Source: a virus
Taxonomy: Duplodnaviria > Caudoviricetes
Direction: 5' to 3' (one strand)
Virus record (IMG/VR): IMGVR_UViG_2565956925_000004
Location: 6,955 to 70,954 of that record
Length of the DNA stretch: 64,000 bases
A program made the translations under genes and the position numbers. Under the pieces are notes generated by a model, which searched no databases, was not told the origin of the DNA, and saw nothing but the letters and a program-made list of their open reading frames with translations. Below are positions 36,601 to 47,500 of this stretch, piece after piece (within the stretch, counting starts at the first letter, position 1; each line of letters opens with the position of its first letter).

Positions 36601-37248
36601 ATGCAACAATCTAACCCGATTTTACTTAACCAGCTTAAACAAGATTATATTGCCTTACAGCAACTTGGGTCCCCCTTATTAGCGTGTCAAGGAATGTTTG
36701 TACCTCGTGGCATGGAAGACCTTCGCTTTTTATTTAAAAGTTGCCCACGGCCGATTGTGAGTAATGAAGATCCAGCAGAAGTTCAATATGCGGGTGGTTT
36801 TACTGGAATTGTTGCTGGTCCACCGAAAACCCATTACACAGGCAACCTTCAAATCCTAGTAACTGAAGCTGGGCATGATCAACTATTAGCTGAATATGTC
36901 GTAGCTAGTGGTGGAATCATCCATGGTGATTACTACGATGGCCGATTAGGAAGTTTTACCCGCTCATATGCACTTGAAAACTGTGCTATTCGTTTTGAAT
37001 CAGCTGAATACGATTCTGATAGCCGATCACAAGTAATGACAGTTTCTTGCCCAATTGATTACAACTACTTTGGTAGTTTCGCAAACATTGGTACCAACGG
37101 TAGTATTCAGCCGGGTAAAAAAGAAATTGATGGTACAGCTGAGCTTGTTAATCGAGTTCAGCAAGTGATCAATACTGCTCAACAAGCAACTAATCTTGCA
37201 AATGCTGTGCAAGGCGTTGGTCGTCAACTGGGCAATCTATTTGGGTAA
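36601..37248 (+). CDS. Putative tail tube protein
   Basis: Beta-rich; size and position ahead of the baseplate hub/spike genes. Confidence 0.55.
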   Translation: MQQSNPILLNQLKQDYIALQQLGSPLLACQGMFVPRGMEDLRFLFKSCPRPIVSNEDPAEVQYAGGFTGIVAGPPKTHYTGNLQILVTEAGHDQLLAEYVVASGGIIHGDYYDGRLGSFTRSYALENCAIRFESAEYDSDSRSQVMTVSCPIDYNYFGSFANIGTNGSIQPGKKEIDGTAELVNRVQQVINTAQQATNLANAVQGVGRQLGNLFG

Positions 37249-37691
37249 TGGCTATGAAGTTATTACCTGAATCAGAAGGGTATGCTGTAGTTGCTGGTTC
37301 TATCCAGCAACTTTCAGAAGAACTCTATAAAGAATATCAATTATCTGGTTACTCAATTTTGCTTGAGGATATCGTTAAGGCATTTATTGAAGAGACAAAA
37401 TCTTATGCGGGTTGGGCGACATTAGATTGTCAAACTAAGGCAATTACCAGTATTGAACTGAATGAATCCATAGAACTTAATGGGGATGAGTATGTAATCA
37501 TTTTGCCTTTAGTAAAAGCGCATTGTGATCTTTTGCAAGCTCGATTAGTTGAAGCAACCCGTGGGCTAGGAGTCGAAAGTTACGGGCTTTCAGTCTCAGA
37601 AGCTCAGCAAAACTATAATGAGAAGAAAGAAGCTTTACCAAAACTTGCATTTTTAATGGTCCCGATGAGTTTTAACATGGGGAACCGTTAA
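37248..37691 (+). CDS. Putative head-tail adaptor / structural protein
   Basis: Coupled ORF. Confidence 0.5.
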   Translation: MAMKLLPESEGYAVVAGSIQQLSEELYKEYQLSGYSILLEDIVKAFIEETKSYAGWATLDCQTKAITSIELNESIELNGDEYVIILPLVKAHCDLLQARLVEATRGLGVESYGLSVSEAQQNYNEKKEALPKLAFLMVPMSFNMGNR

Positions 37692-38584
37692 TGCAAATCA
37701 CCATAGTATCTGCTGGAAAAGTTATTCCAGTTTCTGAGCTTATTAGTGCAACTTTAAGAACTGATCTCATACCTATTCCAGCCTCTATTGAGTTTACAGT
37801 TCAATCAACTACTGAATTAGATTCCCTTTTAAAAGAAGGGGAGCAACTTACAGTAAATGACATATCTCATCCTTTCGAACTTATCAAAGTCACCCCTCTA
37901 AAAACTCAGACTATTAAACATGATCGACGTGTAGGTGGTATCTCTTGTATTGGCATTTTGGCTGGCTGTAAAAGACTTATCGAAAATTTAAAGCAAGCTG
38001 TTATTAGTAATGAAACCTCCTTTAATTCAGTAATAAGAGCTTGTGGAGCAACTATCAGTCTAGGTGGTGATTTACCTTTGCCAAAATTCGTATGCCTAAA
38101 GGGAAGCTTGCCTACACAACGTTTGGCTCATTATCTGCAACAAGAAGCGGCAGTCATTTGTTTTCAAAACAATAAGGTGTCAGCTCAAAAAATTGATTCA
38201 TTTTTCAAAAAGGAACCAGTCACAAAACTAGATCCTAGCAGTGTCGTTTGGATATCCAGTAAACCTTTGGAACTGATGCAAAAATCATCTTTCGTGACCG
38301 TGGAGAATAACGGTTCAACGGTTGTTGGTGATGACTCAATAACCCCAGGCCACACTGTTACGCAAAGAGCTGGTTTAGATGCCCGACAAGTTAAAAACTT
38401 GGAAAAAGTTTTGATCTTGCGGGGAACCATAATCAGGCCGCTAAATTTGAATTGGAATGCGGGCGATATATTCGAAATTGATAGTAAGAAGTATGTCGTT
38501 TTAACAGCTGCACATCATATAGATACAGGCGCAATCGGGGGATCAATGGGGACTTCATCAAAGTTCTGGATTGCTAATTTGTAG
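37691..38584 (+). CDS. Baseplate hub (gp27/gpD-like)
   Basis: LRTDL.P.P..EFTV start; AGD..EI....YVVLTAAH end; precedes the spike gene. Confidence 0.6.
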   Translation: MQITIVSAGKVIPVSELISATLRTDLIPIPASIEFTVQSTTELDSLLKEGEQLTVNDISHPFELIKVTPLKTQTIKHDRRVGGISCIGILAGCKRLIENLKQAVISNETSFNSVIRACGATISLGGDLPLPKFVCLKGSLPTQRLAHYLQQEAAVICFQNNKVSAQKIDSFFKKEPVTKLDPSSVVWISSKPLELMQKSSFVTVENNGSTVVGDDSITPGHTVTQRAGLDARQVKNLEKVLILRGTIIRPLNLNWNAGDIFEIDSKKYVVLTAAHHIDTGAIGGSMGTSSKFWIANL

Positions 38585-38593
38585 GTCAAATAT

Positions 38594-41500
38594 ATGAATG
38601 GTTATAAACGTGCAAAGATTTTAAGTTACAACGCAAAAGGTCGTACTGCACAAGTACACATTCATGGTTTAACTGATGGCGCAAGTGAAGGCATTACGGC
38701 AACTTTTGCCTATCCAGTCGGTGATAGTGATTTAGATACAGAAATACAAATTGTGGATGGGGAAGACGTCTATGTCTTCTTTGAAAACGGCAATGAAGAA
38801 CGTCCAGTAATCCATAGTTATGTCAGTCACGGAGACGGCGCGATTGTAGGTGTGCGCCGTATTCGACAAGACAATATTGAATTTATTTCTAAAGAAAATT
38901 TAAAAGTAGATTCTGGCACAACTGTATCTATTAAAACGCCGTTGATGAATGTGCAAGCTAATACACAACAAACTGGTAATAGCACATTAACGGGAAATAG
39001 CACTGTAGTAGGTAATACTTCAGTTGCAGGTAATAGTTCTGTTGCAGGCAGTATGGCCGTTGGTACAACGCTTACTGTAGCAGGTGTGCCTATTGATCCT
39101 AAAGCTATTGAGGGTGCATTTAAAGACGCTCTTGATAAGTTAGAGAGTTTAAAAGAAGACTTAAAAGAACAAGGCGAAATAATTGATGAAAACAAAGATC
39201 AGATAAGCCAAGAAATTGATGAAAAAATAAAAGAAGTAGAAGAGTTAATTGATAATATTAAAGATTCTGATGCCTATAAATTGCTTGAAGAAGGTATTAA
39301 TCACATTGATGAAGAGGTGCAAAAAATACATGACCAAGTAAAAGAAGTAGGTCAGATTGCACAAAATAAAGTTGATGAAATTCGGGCTTATATTGATCAA
39401 GAAATTGTCGATACCAAACTGATTGTTGAACAGCATGCAAATGATGCAAATATTCGTTTGGATGAAGCCAATCAACGTATTGATCAATCAATTCAGGCAA
39501 ACGAAGCGTTGGTAGCTGATGCTCAACAACGGGCTATCCGCGCTGAGAAAGAACTCGATGACAAAATTGGTTTCATCAAGAGAGAAACGGATTCTATTAT
39601 TGCTGATGTTAGAAGTGATTCTGATGAAATTCGCTTGGTCGCAGAAAATGCGAAAAAAATTGCAGATCAAGAAGTTCTAGACCGTAAAAAACAAGCAGCT
39701 GACACTCTAATTGTTATTGATCAAACTAAGGCCGCTTTAAAACAAGATATTGATCAAAACTTAGTTAAAGCTGGTCAAATGATTGATGATGCTAAATTAG
39801 CATTGGGTGAAGAAACAAATACTCTCATTAATCAAAAAATTGAACCAATAGTAAGCCAAACTGAAGCTGCAGTTAAGAAAGTAGATCAAGTAGCTGCACA
39901 ATATGTTGAACTTGATAAGAAAGTTGATTCTGGCTTTCTGGCTGAAGCTGAAGCACGTGCAAATGATAAAGAGGCTTTAACTCAAAGTTTTGAGCTTAAG
40001 TTTGCTGAAATGCAAAACGAATTGGGTAAATCAAACGCCTTAATTTCAGAAGAATCTAAAACTCGTGCAGCTCAAGACAAAGCAATTACTGAACAAATTA
40101 GTATTGCTCAATCTCAAATTGGAGATAACAAAGCTGCCATTAATAGTGTTGAACGAACTGTAGTTGACCTTACCAAATCTGTTGCTGAAAAAACTGATCA
40201 AATACAAGCCAGTTTAGACACCACAAATGCAAGTTTATTAAGTGCGAATGAGTTAGCGCGGATGCAATCACTTGGTAAACCTTTACGTGATGATCCGACG
40301 TTTCTATCGGGGAATGGGGGATTAAGTGCCTATGCGGTACCAGCAGGCTCAACACTAACTCGACAAGCCAAATCAACGGATAACCCCGTAAATAGTACCC
40401 ATGAGATGCTTTTAAGATCTACAGCATCTTTAGGTGGTGGCTGGTATCCAACTGTTCCTACACTTGTAGCTGCGCCTAATAAAACGTTTTTAATAAAACA
40501 AATTATTAAAATGCCAAAAGGGACATATTTATTACCTGTTGGCAATGCTACAGGTACGGGTGGTTATTTACGGGTACTTGGAAATAAAGAAGGTACAGGC
40601 AAGTTTGAGGTTTACTACTCTGTTGTTCAGTGTGGCTATGATGCACCAGCAGCTATCCATGGGCATTTCCGTGTTATTGCTGGCACTAATCCACCTTTGC
40701 CAAGCACTACAAGCCCAGTTGATGTAATCCTTGCTGATTATGAGGTCTGGGATATTACAGCACTAAATGACACCATTCCTAAAACATGGCGTGATCAAAT
40801 TACTGGTAATGCCTCATATATCGAAAAGGTTGAATCATCTGTAAAACTTGTTGATGAGAAACTTGTTTCAGAAGCAAAAAAACTTGAAGAACTAAAGACT
40901 GACTATAATTCAAATAAAACAAAAACAACGTCTGATTTAGCGACAATTACTCAGTCAGTTTCTGATGGAGATAAAGCCTTATCATTACGTATCGACCAAA
41001 CGAAAGCAGCTCTGGAAGAAGCAGATCGTCAGTCTAATTCAAATATTCTAGAAGTTACTGAGTCACTAGCTGAATTTGAACAGTCTACCACGACGAAATT
41101 TACAAAACTTGATACAAGTATCTCGAAGGAAAATTTGAAGGTACAAGGCCAGATTGTAGATGTCCAAAAAAGTGTATCTACTTTAGAAAGTAATACAAAC
41201 ACTAAAATATCTGGCCTTTCTTCTTCACTTAAAACTACTGATGATATTGCTAAACTGGCTTTCGATAATGCAGCCGAAGCGCAGCAAACTGGTACAACAG
41301 CGGTAAAAGCTACTGAAGCACTTTCTCAGAATTTATTAAGTCTCAAGTCTCAAACTCAAGTAACTACTGGTGTGAGGGCAGTAGTAACAGCAAAAGGAAT
41401 TGATGACTGGTCAACTTGGCGAACTACAGGTGAAGCTAAAGTACTTCAAGATTCTGATGCATTTGGCGGTTATATTCTTGAGCTTGGTAATAATGCTGGC

Positions 41501-44500
41501 AATGATGAAGCTTGGGTTCATTGGAAAGAATTAGTAAAAATTAATCCAGATACGCTTTATCGGGTGCGTGCACGTTTCCGTCGTGTTGCTGGTGAAAATG
41601 GAAGTATTTATTTAGGTGTTGCATGTAAAACAGCAGATCAAACTAAGTATGTAACAACTACAAATAATCTTGCTGCAGACATGGGCTCATCAAATTACTT
41701 GTTGTCTGCAATTAAACCAAATTTAGGTGAATGGCAAGAAGTAGTACTTTACCTGAAAGGAAAATCTACAGGTGCAGCTACGGGACTTGGAACAATTGAT
41801 AATCCGCGTACTTTCCCAGCACAAGCTGAATTTTATGCCCCAATGTTTATTGGTAACTATGCAGCTCAATCAGGTATAAGTCAGCTTAACTACATTATCG
41901 TTGAAGATAACAACTCTTTAGCTTCAGCAAATGATGCAACAGCAACTGCAAATGATTTATTCAAAACTGCTACTAATAGAACTGAGGCTGAAGCAGAACG
42001 GACCAGTAAGCTTGAATCAAGAATGCAAAATGCTGAAACAGGTATTCAGAGCAACGCTCAAGCATTATTGAAAACAGCTACAAAGAGTGATCTTGAGAGC
42101 GCCATGGGACGTGTGGCTACTGATATCACAGCTGCAGTAGATAATATTAAAATAGGTGGGGTTAATGCGGTAGCTAATTCAGAAGCGCCAAGAAGCTCAA
42201 CAGCATCAACTAGTCGTGAATACTTAATGTATGAACGAAGTAAAGAGCTCAAAGCTTTTTATGACGAAAATTTAGATAAGCCGGTTACTATTTCTTTTGA
42301 CGTGAGTGTGCCCGTTGCTGGAACAGTACAAGTTTACTCTTCAAATGGATCTGCTCATTACTTTACAACTTCAGTTACTGTAACAAAAGCAAATGAGTTT
42401 CAAAGATTTGCAGTTACAGTATCTCCCAAAGTACACACTGGAAGTACTACCGAATCAACAATTGAGTTTTATGGAACATATGGTTCTGGTCGAATTCCAA
42501 CGATTCAAAAATTACAGATCGAAGCAGGCAATAAGGCTACTGCATGGAGCCCAAGCCCACGTGATACTCAAAGCTCTTTAAATGCTAATGCGGAAGCAAT
42601 TAAAGTCACTCAAGCTGAAGTGAAGAAGAATGGCGATACTTTATCTTCTCAAAGTATAGATATTTCTAAGCTTAGAAATGATCTAACTTTGACTAACACT
42701 GAAGTAGGGAAAAAAGCCTCAAGTGAAGCACTTGAAACAACAAATTCAAAAGTAACTGAACAAGCTGGACAGATTCAGGCTGTAACTGAACAGGCAAATA
42801 CCTTGTCTGCGAACTTAAGTAAATCAGCACCAGCGGGTACAAATCTTTTAATTAATTCGAATGTAAATGGTACCTATGATGGAGTTTCGTATCCTCATGT
42901 ACTTTATAAAATGGGGGAAGATTGGGAGGTTGGTGCAAAATATACATTGTTATGGTGTGCAGAACATAAGCGTAATAATGCTGATACAAACTCTACATTA
43001 GGTGCATATGTAGGTGGTGGACAGCAGGTTGTTCAATCACTTACAAATAGTAATGGGAAAGTAGTAAGTAAAATTACTTTTACTAAAAACAGTAGTGGTT
43101 TAGGTAAGTACGTCAATTTCTACATGCTCAATAGGCCAAATGCAGCACAAGGTTCTATTGGTACAGTTTACTGGGCTGTATTAGTCAAAGGGGAGTTAAT
43201 AACTACTGAGAGTTGGATTGCTAGTCCTTATGACTTCAATGCGGCATTTGACCAAGTTTCTGCGAATCTAAATGAGTTTAAACAAATCTATGTAACTGAG
43301 AGTGGTGCCCTTGCTCAAAGAACATCAAAACTTGAAGCCGGGATGAGTGATGTTGAGAAAAACATTTATAACACTACTCAGGCCCTAAATAACTACGCTA
43401 CGAATGCAAAATTAGATGAAGTGACAGCCTCTCAAACTAAGGCATTTAATACTTCACTCACTAAATTGGATGAATCAATTAAAGCCGAAAATGATAGTGA
43501 TTCGTTAATACCTGATTATAATTTAGCAAACCCTGATAAGTGGATTAGCCATTATGGCTATGACATGAAGCAGTACTTCAAAACAACGACAACAGGCAAA
43601 GTTACAAATACTGTTTTCCGTAAAGATACAACGGTTCCAGTGAACTGTTTTAACTACAGTTTAAGTGCAGTTCCTAATGATCGCACTTATCGTATTTCAT
43701 TCTGGGTTCGTTGTTCTTCTGACTCTAATGGTTCGTTAAGCGTACCAGTAATGTTTGGATACGCTGATGGTTTATGGACTACTGCGCGATATACTACTCT
43801 AAGTGTCCCTGCAGCTATGGTGCCTGCAAAGGATGGTAACTGGTATTTCGTATCTGTTATTTGTAATTTAACGTCAAATACGACTATTCAACAGATGCGT
43901 TTTGGTATCGCTCTCGGTCACACAGGCTCGGCAGGGTGGTGGGAAGTTCAAGGCTTTAAAGTTTCACCAGTTCTAAATGAATCAGATGTAGACAGCACAA
44001 TTGTTAAGTCTTCTATTCTTATTGATTATTCAAGTAAGTCTGATACTACTAAAGCAATTTCCGCTGCTACTGAGTCACTTGAAGCCAAATTCCGTCATAA
44101 ATTTGGTGATCTATGGACTAACAGTTCAGCAACTCTTGATAGTACTCGTTACACGAAAACTGAAACGAACCAAGCGATTGCAGAGGAAAGTAAAATCATC
44201 AAAGCCGCTATTTCTACTAGCGGGGGCGATAATATTATTAAAAATGGTGATTTTTCTAAGCCTCTTGAAATTTCAAATTGGCGTCAAAATGCAGCAGTAG
44301 CAGGTAGCTTATTAGAAGTTTATAAGGACTCAAATGGGATTACTTGGGGGCATTTTAAATCCACCAATACAGCTACATATTTTAAAGGCTTTATTGAGAC
44401 GATTACTTTAGCTGAAGGTCTAGAAGGGAACCAGAAATACACGTTGTCATTCAAGGCAAAATCTTTGACAGCTGCTCAATCACAAATACTCCTAATCATT

Positions 44501-47500
44501 CATCGTCGTGATGCTGCAGGTAGTAATAATCAAATTGGAACCTCTTGGAATAATATTTCGACAGATAAAGAAGTTTTATGTACTTATACATTTGATACAA
44601 ATCTTGTTGATTTACAATATATTAATGTAATTTTATATGCTCAAATTGGATTTGCACCTGATTTTTTAATTCGTGAAGTTCAAATTGAAAAAGGTGAGCT
44701 AGCAACGGGCTTTAGAAAAAATCCTCGTGAACTTGAAAAAGGGTTAGAGGCTAATGCGACTGCCATTGAAGGTACCAAGGCAGATGTTAAAAAGAATGGT
44801 GAACAAATTGCATCCATTTCAGAAAATTATGTAACTTTAAAATCTGCGGTCGATAACAATAAATTAGCTGCTGACGGAAAGTTTCAAGAAATTAACTCAA
44901 CAATTAGCGACAACCAGCAAAATACAACACAGTCAATTTCGAACTTAGAGTCAAGTTATAAACAACTTAATCAAGATCTTGGTCAAGTTTTCAATTATCG
45001 TGTCTACTCATGTGGTTGGAATGGCTTTTTCACAGGGATAAAAAACCTTAAAGGTGAAATCAAATCCGTAGCTTCAGCTCGCGGATTCTCAGTTCATGTT
45101 TTAGCTGCTGATGGGTCAATTGCTTCTTCAACTCGATACGATACATATGCTGCTATCGCGAATGCAACGGCGATGAGCAATGCTATCGCCGCGATTCCGA
45201 ATGACACATTTGTTATTGTGACCAACTACGACAGTATCGGAGTAAATATTGCTACTGTTAAAAATGCCTTAATCTCTCTTGGGGCAAATCCATTTACAAT
45301 TGATCAAATTACTGGCCGTGATGCATACATATTAGTAGGTCAAAAAGGAATTGGCTCGGGGAGAGGGATCGAATTACATTCAACACCAGATACGGGCCCA
45401 AATGGAGCCAAACAAATCATGCTTGCCGTTCAGGTCGTAAGTGGTATTCCGATTGGTTTGGCAAATAACAGTGGTAACCTACAAAAGGTGTTAGAAAACC
45501 ACGCTCAAATACTTCAAGAAAAAATTACTCGATCTGATGCTAAAGAAGTCTTTGCTGAAGAAATTAAAGTCTTCAAAGCACAATTAGATACCTTACGTTA
45601 TTCAGAAGAAAACTGGATTTTACTCGGTGATGATACTAAAAATTTAAGTATCACCACTGGCACCAATAGAACAGTTGCTGTTTGGGAACTTCAATACAAA
45701 CATAAAGAAATTCCCATAGATAAAGGTGACCCAGTTGTTGCAAGAATCAAATATACCGCTGCAGCTGGTTTGGTTGGAGCAACTTGTAGCATTCAATTCC
45801 ATGGAGCAACTTATAGCATTGGATTGCCTTCATTTATAGTTGCTGCTAGTGGTGAAATTGAATTGACTGGTATTTTCCCATCTGATGTAAAAGCAACTGC
45901 ATTTGAAGCAATTCCATTAGGGCTGCGCTTTGATAATGCACCGTCAGGTGGAACTTTTACGATAACTAATATGTTTATCAGCCGTGGTAATTCTGCACCG
46001 AATTTTAAAGGCGGTTTTAGATCCTCTCTTAAGCAAAATGCACAGTTTGTAGAAGATACCTTTATCAAAGCAGATGCAAACAAAGGTGTTATTGCCCAGC
46101 AAATTCAACAATATGATGCTGGTGTACCTGGTGGCTTATCTACAGTAGTGAAAACAACAAAAGCTACAGCTGATCAAACCTCACAAGATCTTGCAACTCT
46201 TAAAAATACTGAAATTTCGCAGTTACAAACAAGTACTAACAATCTTGGCTCGGCATTAGAAAACACAACAATGCTGGCGATGATGATTACTAACGGCAAG
46301 TTGGTGCAAGGAGATGTGAACTTTAAGAAGGGTAATAATGCAGTAGGTGTATATAACAATGCTGGCAATGGGAATGTTGCTGTTACACGTGTTGCAAAAA
46401 GTGCGGATAACCCGACTACATCAACACATGAGCTGGAAATCAAAACCATTGGAACTGCCAATCCTACATGGGGTGGTTTTTATCAGGCCGTGAATGGCCG
46501 AGCAAATGCGGTCTTCGTTATTAAATACCTCATTAAATTGCCCATTGGATATAAGCTAGTGAATGCTGGTAACGCTATGGGTACTGGTGCCATTGATAGA
46601 TTTATTGGAAGTACTGAGGGTACAGGAAAATTCGAAACTTATATTCGGATGATTAAATGCGGTGCCACAGGTTCAATTACTTACTCAGGACATGTTTATG
46701 TAGCTGGCGGATCTACACCAACTGCAACTGCACCTTTAGTTTGGTCCTTAGCTCAAATTGAGCAATATGACGTTACTGATTACGCTTCAGCTGACCCGAC
46801 ATTACAAGATTTTGTTTCTACAGCTACAGACTCTATTTCAACATTAACCAATTTCAAAGAAACATGGGCCGCCAAACTTTCGGAGATGTCTTCAAAGTTA
46901 GACAGTAAAAACGGCGCTTATATTTTGAATGCGGATATGACAAATACTAATGTTGAGCGAGCTATTGCTGCATCATCACAGAAAATTACCTCAGAATATA
47001 CTAATGCTATGAGCGTTCAGCCATTGGGTTCAGGTGGAGGCAAAATTTTCGTGAAGCCCTTAACTTGGCGTCAACCAATCACGACCTCGGGTACGCTTGT
47101 AATTAAGACACCAATTACAATTGGTGCCTTCATGACTAAGGTTAAAATCTCAGGTTATAACTACAACAACAAAGAAGACAATATTTTTGATTTGGACTTG
47201 GCGTTCTATGCATATACGTCAACAGTGCCATTTTATCCAAATATGACTTCGCGTTCTTTTGGTATCACCTTAGATGAAAGCAATACTACGACTAAAGGTT
47301 TGGCTTTAGCTTTAGATAGCAATAATAAGGTGTGCATTTTAATTACCAAAAAAGATGCTTGGTCTTACCCAGCTATTACGGTTGAGTCAGCAACAATTAC
47401 TCATACAAACCCGCCTGATAACTTTAAAGAAGGTTGGTCAGCGGCTATTGAAACGGATTTATCGGTTTATAAATCAGTAACGCCGTTTACTGTCACTTCA